Of a stretch of DNA of 64,000 nucleotides, positions 12,500-22,897 are shown piece after piece. The stretch spans positions 96,001 to 160,000 of the forward strand of contig CAWDSQ010000024.1 of NCBI GenBank assembly GCA_963804955.1. The letters run 5' to 3'. This DNA is from an uncultured delta proteobacterium. Its GTDB lineage: Bacteria > Desulfobacterota > WTBG01 > CAIYCZ01 > CAIRTM01. The translations under genes were made by a program, and so were the position numbers. Position 1 is the stretch's first letter. Every line of letters begins with the position of its first letter. The notes beneath the pieces were generated by a model, which had not been told where the DNA came from, did not search any database, and was given only the letters and a program-made list of their open reading frames with translations.

Positions 12500-15400
12500 A
12501 TGAAGCTGCTAACGCCAATAGAATGGTTTAAAAACTGCGCACCACAATCAGGTATCGCGCAAAGACTTGTTTGGTCCGTACTCATTTTCAGTTTTTTTAT
12601 TTCGATAATCACCGGGGCTATACAAAGCTATTTTGAGTACCAGAAGGAACTGGCGGTACTTGAACAGAATTTGTCCGATATTGAGCATACACACTTTCCA
12701 GCAATTATTGAAAATGTCTGCTCGAAAAATACTGCTGTGCTTATTAAAGAAGCATGCGCCATCAAAAATACGCCCCATATTGTTCATGTGACTATACATA
12801 TCAGCCAAAATGAGTTGGCCAGTGCCGGGGAAATTGCAGGCAGGCAGCTCATCAGCCGCAACTATCCAATAACCTGTTTTTACGACAAGGCTACACGGCA
12901 GACGGGCCTGCTGACAGTAACAGCCAGCGCCGATGGCATTGCCTCCGCTGTCATGAAATCTTTCTTGAGAACACTTCTCCGCGATACACTCAGCAGCCTG
13001 CTGCTGGCTCTGGCTCTTATCCTGTTAGTGCAGCATCTATTCAAGCGGCATATAAACGCAATGATCAGCTACATTCGGAGCCTGACTCCACAGCACATGG
13101 ATGCTCCTTGTGTGCTGTATCGCAGGCATGGCAGAACACCGGATGAGCTTGATACACTGGCTGCTTCAATAAATGACCTGCGCTGCAGGCTGCTTGGATG
13201 CTCTACGCAGCTGCACGAAAAAGAGCTTGAGTTGAGCGGCACTGAATCTGTTCTGATGCATGTACTTAACGCGATACCCCTCTCTATCTTCTGGAAGGAT
13301 ATCAACGGCAGCTATTTAGGCTGCAATCAAAACTTTGCGTCATTGACTGGCCTGGATGCACCGGAAAAAATTGTCGGAAAAACCGATTTCGATCTGCCGT
13401 TCACAGCTGCTGAGACTGCAGCATTTCAATCTATAGATCGCGCAGTTCTTGAAGACAATCGTCCGCATCAGATGGTCGCCCTGCTCCAGGTCTCCGGCGG
13501 AAAAAGCCTGTGGGTAGACATAACAAAAGCACCCCTTATCCAATGCATCCGGCATTGTCTATGGCATTTTGGGCGTTGGAGTTGATATCACCGAACGCAA
13601 ACAGGCTGAAAAATGTCTGCTTGAAAGCGAACAGCGTTTTCGGAGCTATTTCGAACTGCCACTTGTCGGCATTGTCATTACATCCACTGAAAAAAGCTGG
13701 CTTAATGTCAACGACAGAGCCTGTGAAATACTCGGGTATACCAAAGATGACCTTCTGCAGCAAACATGGTCATCGATGACTCATCCGGACGACCTTGGCG
13801 CCGATGTAGAAAAATTCAACCTCATGCTTGCCGGGGCAATCGATCAATATACTATGGAGAAGCGTTTCATACGCAAGGACGGCAGGATTGTATATGTTGA
13901 CTTGTCTGTCGGCTGCGTGCGCACAGCCGACGACTCAGTTGACTATGTTGTTGCCCTTTTTAACGATATCACCGAGCGCGTAAAATCACAGGAGGAGCTC
14001 CGCAGATTGTCCGCCGTTGTTGAACAGGTTAATGAAATTATCGTCATTACAGACATGCAGGGAGTAATCCAGTATGTCAATCCGGCGTTCACGCTTGCTA
14101 CGGGCTATAGCAGCGAAGAGGCCATCGGAAACACACCCGCGCTGGTGCGCAGCGGAAAACATGATGAGATTTTCTACAAAACGCTCTGGTCAACGATTTT
14201 GCAGGGCGAAACATGGCGCGGCAGATTTGTGAATCGAAAAAAAAATGGCGAGCTCTATGATGAGGAAGCCGCCATTTATCCCATACGCAGCGCCGCAGGC
14301 AGCATCACAAACTATGTTGCCGTCAAACGTGATATAACCCATGATCTCAAAATTGAGCAGCAGTTGCGGCAGGTCCAGAAAATGGAGGCAATCGGAACGC
14401 TTGCCGGAGGTATCGCCCATGATTTCAATAATATTCTTGGCGTCATATACGGATATGCCGAAATGTCAATGGACCCTTCTGAAACCATGCCGCAAATCAC
14501 CAGCAATCTCCATCAGCTCATCAGCGCGGCCAACCGCGCAAAAGATCTGATCCGCCAGATTCTCACCATCAGCAGGCAGACTGAAAAGGAAGCTCTGCCG
14601 GTAACAATTTCTCCCATCATCAAGGAAGTCATCAGATTTATACGGGCTTCGCTGCCCTCAACAATCCAGATAAAACAGTCATTGACGGCAAAAAACGACC
14701 TGATCCTTGCCGATCCGATACAGATACACCAGCTGCTTATGAATTTGTGCACAAATGCCGGCCATGCAATGAAGGATGTCGGGCGGCGTGCTTGAAATCA
14801 ACCTCAGAAATATTTACTTCAGCGATACGGATGTGCTGGAATTTCCCTTATTGAAAAGCGGCGATTATATTTGCCTGTCGGTTCACGATACGGGATGCGG
14901 CATATCAAGCACCAATATGGAGCATATTTTCGAGCCCTATTTTACGACAAAAGAACCCAGCGAAGGAACCGGGCTTGGCCTTGCGGTGGTGCATGGCATT
15001 GTTCGCAAATGCGGCGGCGACATCAGGGTCTACGAGCGAGGTCGGCAAAGGGTCACAGTTCAATATCTATCTGCCGGTGCTTGCAAAAGAATCCGAGAGT
15101 AAAACAGAAACAACCTCGGTCATTCCGAGGGGCACAGAGCATATTTTATTTGTCGATGATGAAATTGCGCTGGTAAAAACAAGCAAAATAATTCTTGAGC
15201 GTCTCGGCTACACGGTGACGGGCATGACTAGTTCAGAGCAGGCGCTGGATATTTTTAACAAGACGCCGGATGCATTTGACCTGTTAATAACGGATAAAAC
15301 AATGCCTGAGCTGTCGGGGTTTGAACTCGTGCAGGCGATGAGGTCTCAGCGGCCGGATATGCCGATGATTCTCTGCACGGGCGTGAGTGTCAAGTCGGAT

Positions 15401-15529
15401 ATTGAGAAAGTACAGGAATTCGGCATTAATGCTTTTATTTTGAAGCCCTTCAACAAGCAGGAGCTTGCCTGCACCATCAGGGATGTTTTAGATCACAGGC
15501 ATGTACCGGAATGGGCTCAGAAATCCTGA
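12500..15529 (+). CDS. Membrane PAS-domain hybrid sensor histidine kinase/response regulator (frameshifted)
   Basis: Two TM segments, three PAS domains, GTLAGGIAHDFNN H-box, FTTK and GTGLGL, C-terminal receiver ILFVDDE. Confidence 0.92.
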
Positions 15530-15555
15530 GAGCAGTCAACTCCACGACCCTCTAG

Positions 15556-15706
15556 CAGGCCATTAAAAAAGTCAATGCATACAGGCTGTTCAAAAATGCC
15601 TGGATGCAAGGCTTGCGAAATGAGGCGTACTTTTCGTACGCCGCAGTGAAGCATGATGAGCGCAATCCCGCTTCAGCGGGACAGATGGGCGTTTTTCAAC
15701 AGCCTG
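15556..15706. mobile_element. MITE-like palindromic element, family 1 copy 1
   Basis: Ends CAGGCTGTTCAAAAA / TTTTTCAACAGCCTG; flanked by CTAG at 15552-15555 and 15707-15710; internal GGCGTAC...GTACGCC hairpin. Confidence 0.7.
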
Positions 15707-16717
15707 CTAGACAAGAAACTGCTGCAGCCTGTCCCCCATCTCTTCATAGTGAAACAGCCTTCCGAAATCAATCAGGCCTGAAAGGGCTCGGGAATGCACC
15801 CTGAAGCCGCTCTCCTCAAGAATTGAAACCGGATTTAAGCCGCCGATCACAATGGCGCCAACGCGCCCCTCGCTCACGGGAATATCAATAAGCGGCTGCC
15901 CCGGACGTCCGATGCACATAAAAGCGCCAAGCCCTGCTTTTTCGAGCTTTTCTGCAAGTGACTCCACCATCTCCCTGCTTTCTGCGGGAAACTCCCTGAA
16001 ACCAACGCCGATGCGGCCATTGCCGGTTTTGATGGCGCCGATATAATTGGTCATGCCGCTGCGAATGAATACCTCAAGAGGGTCAATGCTCGTGCCGTCA
16101 TACATAATGATCTCGACAAAGCGAACGGGTTTCTTATCACGCAGTTCCAGCACCCCGCCAAAACGCGAATTTGTCGGAATGCCGTGCTGCAGCAGTACGC
16201 CGTTGAGAGTAATTGAGCAGACCGTGCCGATGCCGATCATGCCCTCAGGAACGGTCAGCTGACCTATGCGCTCACCTGGAGCAAGAAAAGTAATAAGATT
16301 GCCCATGGCATAGCCATCGGCATACACCTTCTGCATCATGGGAAGACACTGGGCAACCTGACGCGGATCCGCAAGCGTCGTGTTCACAACAAGATTTCCG
16401 GTACGGCTGGCAAGGTTGAAATTCATACGATAGGTCATCTGGTCTATCTTTGCAGACAGGAAGCCAACCCGCTCAATGGTCTTGCTTGCCTCGAATTCAC
16501 ACAATCCGCGCTCGGTAATGCGATGGCAGCACTTATCTGTCTTTTCGATCAGTCCCGCATCAAACATTTCCTGCAGATAGAGCCTTACGGTGCGCTCACT
16601 AATTTCATGACCCTGCGACAAAAGCTCCTGGGCAATTTTCGAACTGCGCATAGGTTTTTCAATATCTTTGATAATGCTTAAAATAGCATTTTTTTTCTTT
16701 GCGGCTTTTTCATGCAT
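15707..16717 (-). CDS. nrpR: NrpR-family nitrogen regulator (wHTH + DUF128/NRD domain)
   Basis: N-terminal HTH (ISERTVRLYL), GTVCSITLNGVLL, YDGTSIDPLEVF, GGLNP; GGAGG RBS. Confidence 0.88.
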   Translation of the reverse strand: MHEKAAKKKNAILSIIKDIEKPMRSSKIAQELLSQGHEISERTVRLYLQEMFDAGLIEKTDKCCHRITERGLCEFEASKTIERVGFLSAKIDQMTYRMNFNLASRTGNLVVNTTLADPRQVAQCLPMMQKVYADGYAMGNLITFLAPGERIGQLTVPEGMIGIGTVCSITLNGVLLQHGIPTNSRFGGVLELRDKKPVRFVEIIMYDGTSIDPLEVFIRSGMTNYIGAIKTGNGRIGVGFREFPAESREMVESLAEKLEKAGLGAFMCIGRPGQPLIDIPVSEGRVGAIVIGGLNPVSILEESGFRVHSRALSGLIDFGRLFHYEEMGDRLQQFLV

Positions 16718-16967
16718 TCCGGCAAAACCTCCCAGTCCCAATTGCAGCAAAAATAACTATACTCCTGCCGATTTTCACTATCTCACGATAATGGTTTTAG
16801 AAGGTTAACAAATAAAATAGTGCTAATCAAACATTTTTTAGAAGAAAGTCTTACTCTAAAATCTTAATAAATGGCAAAAATTCCGATTAACACTATAGCA
16901 ATTAGGCAAAAATGCCAAATTGTTACTATAAAATTTAAAACATTACATGCTAAGAGTTCAATAAATA

Positions 16968-16998
16968 TTGACTATTTTCTAGATAGCTGTTAAATAAT
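16968..16998 (+). promoter_or_regulatory. Candidate gdhA promoter
   Basis: TTGACT followed 17 nt later by AT-rich TAAATAAT. Confidence 0.45.
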
Positions 16999-17010
16999 GA
17001 AAACATTACA

Positions 17011-17046
17011 GGCAATGAATTGCCGAATCAATGGCACATGCTTGCC
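17011..17046. promoter_or_regulatory. Tandem palindromic operators GGCA-N6-TGCC (candidate NrpR sites)
   Basis: GGCAATGAATTGCC at 17011-17024 and GGCACATGCTTGCC at 17033-17046, 22 bp apart. Confidence 0.6.
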
Positions 17047-17193
17047 TGTTTTCAACTATGAAGTGCTCGACAGTTTCACAACGGCACAGGTGTACAAGAT
17101 CAGACAAAGGCAGTCAACAATCCGGAAAAGTTCTTATTCAGGACTTTTTACGGAGGCAAACCACTAACTATCCAGAGAACGGGAGGTTGTACC

Positions 17194-18552
17194 ATGTCGG
17201 TAATCAGTGAAGTACTTGAAAAAATCAAAAAGCAGGACCCCAATCAACTTGAGTTCCACCAGGCTGCGCAGGAGGTTCTTGAATCACTTGAGCCTACAGT
17301 AAAAAAGCATCCTGAATTTGTAAAGGCAAAGATATATGAGCGCATAGTTGAGCCTGAACGGGTAATCATCTTTCGCGTTCCCTGGGTCGATGACAAGGGC
17401 GAGGTACAGGTTAACCGCGGATACCGCGTTCAGTTCAATAATGCTATCGGTCCTTTTAAGGGCGGCCTTCGCTTCCATCCATCGGTAAATCTGGGCATTC
17501 TCAAATTCCTCGGCTTTGAGCAGATATTCAAGAACTCGCTTACCACACTTCCCATGGGCGGCGGCAAGGGCGGCTGCGATTTTGACCCCAAAGGCAAATC
17601 AGATATGGAAGTCATGCGTTTCTGCCAGACGTTTATGCGCGAGCTGTACCGCCATATCGGTCCGGATACGGATGTGCCTGCCGGCGATATCGGTGTTGGC
17701 GGTCGCGAAATAGGCTACATGAACGGCTATTATAAAAAGATTCGAAATGAGCATACCTGCGTGCTGACCGGCAAGGGTCTTGAGTACGGCGGAAGCCTTA
17801 TCCGGCCTGAAGCAACCGGCTATGGCTGCGTATACTTCGCGGCAGAAATGCTTGCGACCCGCAGCCTTGATTTTAAGGGTAAAACAGTAGCCGTCAGCGG
17901 CGCAGGCAATGTTGCCCAGTATACGATTGAAAAGGTAAATCAGCTCGGCGGCAAGTGTATTTCAGTGTGCGACTCCAATGCCACCATTATTGATGAGTCA
18001 GGCATAGATGCTGAAAAATTAAATTTTATTATGGACCTGAAAAATGTCCGCCGCGGCAGGATCAGTGAATATGCAGAGAAATATCCCAAGGCCAAATGCT
18101 TTAGCGGGCAAAGCATTTGGGATGTTATCGCATCCCAGGGCATTAAGGTTGACGTTGCTCTTCCTTCGGCTACCCAGAATGAAATCGACGGCAATCATGC
18201 AGCAGCTCTTGTTAAAAACGGCTGCTTCTGCATCGCGGAAGGCGCAAATATGCCTTCTACCCCGGAAGCCGTTAAAATCTATAAAGATGCCAAAGTTCTT
18301 TTTGGACCCGGCAAGGCGGCAAATGCGGGCGGTGTTGCAACCTCCGGTCTTGAAATGTCACAAAACAGCCTGCGCCTCTCCTGGACCCGCGAAGAGGTTG
18401 ACAGCAGACTGCACGGCATCATGAAGAGCATCCACAAATCATGCATCGATGCTTCTGAAGCGTATGCCACAAAGGGTGATTATGTGGCTGGCGCCAATAT
18501 CGCAGGCTTCCTCAAAGTCGCAAAAGCAATGCTTGCTAACGGTATTGTTTAA
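17194..18552 (+). CDS. gdhA: NADP-specific glutamate dehydrogenase
   Basis: GPFKGGLRFHPSV, GGGKGG, DVPAGDIGVG, RPEATGYG, GKAANAGGVATS. Confidence 0.97.
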   Translation: MSVISEVLEKIKKQDPNQLEFHQAAQEVLESLEPTVKKHPEFVKAKIYERIVEPERVIIFRVPWVDDKGEVQVNRGYRVQFNNAIGPFKGGLRFHPSVNLGILKFLGFEQIFKNSLTTLPMGGGKGGCDFDPKGKSDMEVMRFCQTFMRELYRHIGPDTDVPAGDIGVGGREIGYMNGYYKKIRNEHTCVLTGKGLEYGGSLIRPEATGYGCVYFAAEMLATRSLDFKGKTVAVSGAGNVAQYTIEKVNQLGGKCISVCDSNATIIDESGIDAEKLNFIMDLKNVRRGRISEYAEKYPKAKCFSGQSIWDVIASQGIKVDVALPSATQNEIDGNHAAALVKNGCFCIAEGANMPSTPEAVKIYKDAKVLFGPGKAANAGGVATSGLEMSQNSLRLSWTREEVDSRLHGIMKSIHKSCIDASEAYATKGDYVAGANIAGFLKVAKAMLANGIV

Positions 18553-18565
18553 TCACAAGAAACAC

Positions 18566-18600
18566 GGAAAGCCCCTTTGTTGCGAAGGGGCTTTCTTTTT
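18566..18600 (+). terminator. gdhA terminator
   Basis: GAAAGCCCCTT...AAGGGGCTTTC followed by a T run. Confidence 0.8.
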
Positions 18601-18700
18601 ATTCTATAAAAACGATACAGCCCCCCTTTTTTAACAATGAACACCTACTGCGAACATACCGGCAAAAAAACTCATCGGGGTCAGAAACCCGTATGTACCG

Positions 18701-19426
18701 ATGCCCGCTAGTTCCGCAATGCAGAGCTGCGGACACTTCTCCCCGGAGGTTGATTTTAATCCCGGTACCGCACAAGGCTCCATCATTCTCACTATCACCT
18801 GTGTTGCCGGCGAAGCTGCAGATGAGGCTTTGCGCATCGTAAAATCGGTGCTGGCATCTCCATATGCATTCAGCAGCAGATATGCCGTCGCCCGGGGCGG
18901 AGCCCGTATCGGTGATTTTGAAGTGCCTGTAAATAAAACAGCGATCTGCACGGTTTGCAGCATGACGCTCAACGCTCTTTTGCATAATCACGGCATTCAT
19001 GCAACACCAAAATTCGGCGGCGTTGTTGAGGTTGAGCATCATCAGCCCAAAAAATTTTCTGCCTTCCTCAGCTCTGGTCTTGCACCGATGGCGCCGCTTG
19101 ACATTTTTATTTCATGCGCCATGACCTCAATTTGTAAAACAATTCAGAGCGGAAGCGGAGACGTTCTGGGAAGCTTTCTGGAAATCCCGGAATCATTTCT
19201 GCCGGATGCAATAAAAATTTATGGCCGTATAAAAAAAACCGGCATGGGTGGTAAAATAATGTTCGGCATGCCCAGCCAGCCTCTCCTGGGTATGCCCGTC
19301 TCTATCGGCTGCGCTGGTATCGTGGTTTTTCGAGCCCTCAATACAGCTGCGGCACTGACTGAAAAAGGAATTACATCCGAAGTCCGCACTGAAAAAATGC
19401 TCTATGACTATGCCGCACTCGTATAG
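18701..19426 (+). CDS. NrpR regulatory-domain (DUF128) protein lacking the HTH, NrpRII-like
   Basis: CTVCSMTLNALL, PKFGGVVEV and PLDIFI parallel the NRD of 15707..16717; true start may be near 18637. Confidence 0.8.
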   Translation: MPASSAMQSCGHFSPEVDFNPGTAQGSIILTITCVAGEAADEALRIVKSVLASPYAFSSRYAVARGGARIGDFEVPVNKTAICTVCSMTLNALLHNHGIHATPKFGGVVEVEHHQPKKFSAFLSSGLAPMAPLDIFISCAMTSICKTIQSGSGDVLGSFLEIPESFLPDAIKIYGRIKKTGMGGKIMFGMPSQPLLGMPVSIGCAGIVVFRALNTAAALTEKGITSEVRTEKMLYDYAALV

Positions 19427-19628
19427 CTTCGCCCCCTTCCCTTTCCGATTTAAATGTTGTATAAAATTAACTGCCTTAACATTTATTACTAAAACCCATA
19501 CAAGAATTCCCGCCCGGCCGCAAACTTATCATTTATACCTCTATATCTGGTATGCGTTTGTCCTTGACACACCATATGTTTTTTAATTATACTTCCATAA
19601 AAAAACTAGCACTATAAGGAACACTCTT

Positions 19629-20846
19629 ATGAAAAATAAAAAAACAGTCCTTTTTATAGCTTTGTTTTCTTTTTTTGTTTTTTACTTATACGGCGCCGAA
19701 CCAGCCTTTGCAGTTAAAAAAAAGGGACAAAAACAGCCGCCTGCTGCTGCAGTAAAAAAACAAAGCACGTCTCAGGAGGAGACTTCTGATGAGCCTGCAG
19801 ATGCTAAAAAAGTATCCAAACAGAGCGTTATTTCAAAAAACCCCTATCTTGGCGCTATCCTTATTGATGCGGCAAGCGGCAAAGTTCTGTTGGAAGATAA
19901 TCCCGATGCAAAAGGATATCCGGCAAGCATCATCAAGCTCATGAATCTGCTCATCGTTCTCGAGCATGTAAAAAATCGATCCATCACTCTTTCGGACAAT
20001 ATCACCATAACGTCTGAGGCCTCAAAAACAGGGGGGTCTCAGGTGTACCTGAAAGAAAATGAGGTGTTCACGGTAGAGGAACTGCTGTATGCGCTCATGG
20101 TGCAGTCGGCTAATGATGCCGCCGTGGCCCTTGCCATACATGTCGGCGGCACGAAAGATGCTTTTGTCGAACTCATGAATGCAAAAGCGCAGCAGCTCGG
20201 CATGACCAGCACAAAATTCCATTCCGTACATGGCCTGCCGCCGGGCAAAGATCAGCTGCCCGATGTCTCAACGCCGAGGGATATTGCGAAGCTGTGTCAG
20301 GAACTGCTGAAATGGGATGATGTCCTGCGCTATACGGCGGTGAAAGAAAGGCCTTTTCGAGCTGATACTGCCCAGCCCTTTATCATGCGCAACCATAATA
20401 AACTGCTCGGCGCTTTTGAAGGCTGCGATGGATTTAAAACCGGTTATTACCGGGTGGCAGGGTTCTCCATTGCGGCAACAGCCGCAAAACGGGGCGCCCG
20501 GGCGATAGCAGTTGTTTTCGGCAGCGAGAACCGCCATGTGCGCGATGCCAAAACAAAAGAGCTGCTTGCCCGCGGCCTTGCTGAACTTGTAAAAAACGCC
20601 CCGCCCGCTCCCGCAGTTGCAGCAGCAGCAGCTGCCGGAGCACAGCCTGTTGCTGCTCAACAGCCTGCTGTTGCTGAAAAACCAGCGGCTCCAGTAGCTG
20701 CTGCAGCCGCTGACAAAGACGTTGTGCAGATATCAATGCGCACGCTTAAAATTATCGGCATTTCGGCTGCGGCTTTTATTGTTATTCTTGCGTTCTTTTT
20801 TATGTTTAAGGGCAAAAAAACCAAAAAAGACTTTTTGAACGACTAA
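19629..20846 (+). CDS. D-alanyl-D-alanine carboxypeptidase (peptidase S11)
   Basis: PASIIK (SxxK), SAN (SxN) and KTG motifs; Pro/Ala linker and C-terminal TM. Confidence 0.92.
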   Translation: MKNKKTVLFIALFSFFVFYLYGAEPAFAVKKKGQKQPPAAAVKKQSTSQEETSDEPADAKKVSKQSVISKNPYLGAILIDAASGKVLLEDNPDAKGYPASIIKLMNLLIVLEHVKNRSITLSDNITITSEASKTGGSQVYLKENEVFTVEELLYALMVQSANDAAVALAIHVGGTKDAFVELMNAKAQQLGMTSTKFHSVHGLPPGKDQLPDVSTPRDIAKLCQELLKWDDVLRYTAVKERPFRADTAQPFIMRNHNKLLGAFEGCDGFKTGYYRVAGFSIAATAAKRGARAIAVVFGSENRHVRDAKTKELLARGLAELVKNAPPAPAVAAAAAAGAQPVAAQQPAVAEKPAAPVAAAAADKDVVQISMRTLKIIGISAAAFIVILAFFFMFKGKKTKKDFLND

Positions 20847-21002
20847 AAACAACTCCATGGCGATATGATTACATGCGCGATAGAAGGAAAGCCCGTCATG
20901 ACAACATGGCGGGCTTTTTATCAACTATACTTCCGGCTCGTGCCGAAGCATGAGAATAGTTGGATATAAATCCAGTAATTATCTTTTTGAAAGGATCACC
21001 CT

Positions 21003-21329
21003 ATGCCCTACCACGGCAGGCATAAAACACGCTGGCCAAAAGTTACAGCCGAACCAAAAAGCGTGGAAGAACTTCTTAAGGAAATGAAAAAAAACCCCAC
21101 GGCCGACGCGAACTACCGGGAGCGGTCTCTGAAGATACATGGCCTTATTTGCGCCAAGTGCGGCAGGGAATTTGAACTTGCCGATAAGCACCTTCTGACC
21201 GTACACCACAAAGACGGCAATCATAAAAACAACCCTCCCGACGGGTCCAACTGGGAAAATCTCTGCATCTACTGCCATGACGATGAGCACAGCCGGGGTA
21301 TCCTGGGCGATTATCTGACTAAAGGGTAA
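21003..21329 (+). CDS. yajD: YajD-family HNH nuclease
   Basis: YRERSLKI...CAKCGREF...LTVHHKDGNHKNNPPDGSNWENLCIYCHDDEH. Confidence 0.9.
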   Translation: MPYHGRHKTRWPKVTAEPKSVEELLKEMKKNPTADANYRERSLKIHGLICAKCGREFELADKHLLTVHHKDGNHKNNPPDGSNWENLCIYCHDDEHSRGILGDYLTKG

Positions 21330-21493
21330 GCTGTAAAACGCTGCACGTAGTCCTGCACTCGCAGAATTTATGCTTATCTTATTTTGACAGAAAAAAATTA
21401 CGTGCTTGTTCAGAGCCTCCATTAAGAGAGCCGTGTTGTACTTTTTTAAGCGATCACGTACTGTCACAGGATGTTAATGCCAATACGCACTAA

Positions 21494-21623
21494 AAGCCTG
21501 TACGAAAAGCCAAAGAACCTTCGTTTTGTCATTCTGGCGCAGCGAAGAATCTCGTAGTTTTAATGAATTCAGGGATCCTTCACTTCGTTCAGGATGGCAT
21601 TATATGACTTTTCATACACGCTC
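21494..21623. mobile_element. MITE-like element, family 2, enclosing a REP-like hairpin
   Basis: Imperfect 18-bp terminal IRs (AAGCCTGTACGAAAAGCC / GACTTTTCATACACGCTC), TAA on both sides, internal GTCATTCTG..GAAGAATCT / GGATCCTTCACTTCGTTCAGGATGGCA. Confidence 0.6.
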
Positions 21624-21962
21624 TAAGAGTTAAAATAGCACCTCACCTCCGGCCCCGGCTGTCTGTCTGCTTTTCACGTCCGCTCTTTGGTTTTTTTGTA
21701 AAAATTTCCTCGCAGTAAAAAAAATCGTGATAATTTTTTTTCGTATGCTATATGAAACAGTATTAAATGCCATTTTCAATGATAAGGGGTAATACTGATT
21801 CGTAATTTTAACCTGTACCATCTTGATTCTCCTCTTTTCCAGTTCCCCTGAAAAGGGATTAGCATCCTTACCAGCAGCATCTCCTGGAGTGGAGTGTGCT
21901 GTTTGTCCGTGAGAAAATACTTGCAGGTCAGCATTTCATTAATTTCTCGAAAGGGGGAACCC

Positions 21963-22493
21963 ATGTACATGAAAAACAAAATATTCATCCGAACGGTATG
22001 CCCGACCATTGCACTGCTGTTTTTCTTTGCTGCGCTCAATCCTGCCGTGGTCCAGGCGCAGGCAGATGAAAAGAGTGAAATTGCAAACTCCCTGTATATG
22101 CTCAAATTGGCAATTGCTGTTAAAAATGCACATCTGACTGTGTCGGAGGAAGAGCGCCTTGCGGTTAAAGAAGAAGTTTTGATTCTTATGGAAAATGTAT
22201 TCAAGAAAATTGAACTTTCCACCATACCTGAAGAAACTATGAAAAAATACGACTCTATTCTGCCGCAGCATTTTAAGGGAAAACTTCTGTTGGTGTCAGA
22301 TATTGCAAAAGCGGATATACCCACAGAGGAAAAAGTTAATGCCCTTGCAGTCGCTTTTGATATCGGTTGCGATAGTCTTACCTATGGGGCGGCACTTATT
22401 TTTATGTTGAGCATTTTGCTGGGTATCAACTTCGGATATTTTGGTTCTCTCATGTATTTGGCTGCTGTTTTGTGCTATTTAGGGGTGTTTTGA
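21963..22493 (+). CDS. Hypothetical exported protein with a hydrophobic, Cys-flanked C-terminus
   Basis: Signal peptide ending AQA, charged helical middle, two hydrophobic C-terminal segments. Confidence 0.65.
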   Translation: MYMKNKIFIRTVCPTIALLFFFAALNPAVVQAQADEKSEIANSLYMLKLAIAVKNAHLTVSEEERLAVKEEVLILMENVFKKIELSTIPEETMKKYDSILPQHFKGKLLLVSDIAKADIPTEEKVNALAVAFDIGCDSLTYGAALIFMLSILLGINFGYFGSLMYLAAVLCYLGVF

Positions 22494-22897
22494 TTCGCCC
22501 ACACAATATTTACGGGATAAAAAGTCCAGCAGAGGCTCAGGATCGCAACAAGGCGGGTCCCTGAAGTACAACGCCCCCTCTTCTATTATAATTCTTAGAA
22601 TCCCAGCTGCAAGGGGACTAAAAAGAACAATGCTGATTTTTAACGCCAGCAGTGCCTGCAAAATCAACCGGGCAGACGGTGCAGACATCATTTTAGAAAT
22701 AATTTTATGTGGCTAGTCGAATTGTTTTGAGATTAACGCGAAGTCCGTTAATGAAAAAAAAATGGAGCTGTTGTAAAAATATGAGTAAACCATGGATATA
22801 TTTATTCCATAATACTCCTTGTAATCATAAATTTTAGGAGTTAGTATTTATCCAACATGAGAGCCGTAATGTAAATCTTTATGCAAAGGGAGGCTGC

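Noticed and set aside
17032..17046. TGGCACATGCTTGC as a sigma54 promoter
   Set aside because: GG-to-GC spacing is 9 nt rather than the required 10; it is better explained as a GGCA-N6-TGCC palindrome.
22479..22691. Minus-strand ORF with SPLAAGIL resembling an aldo/keto reductase fragment
   Set aside because: Only one short motif, no RBS, and overlap with the neighbouring gene end; insufficient support.
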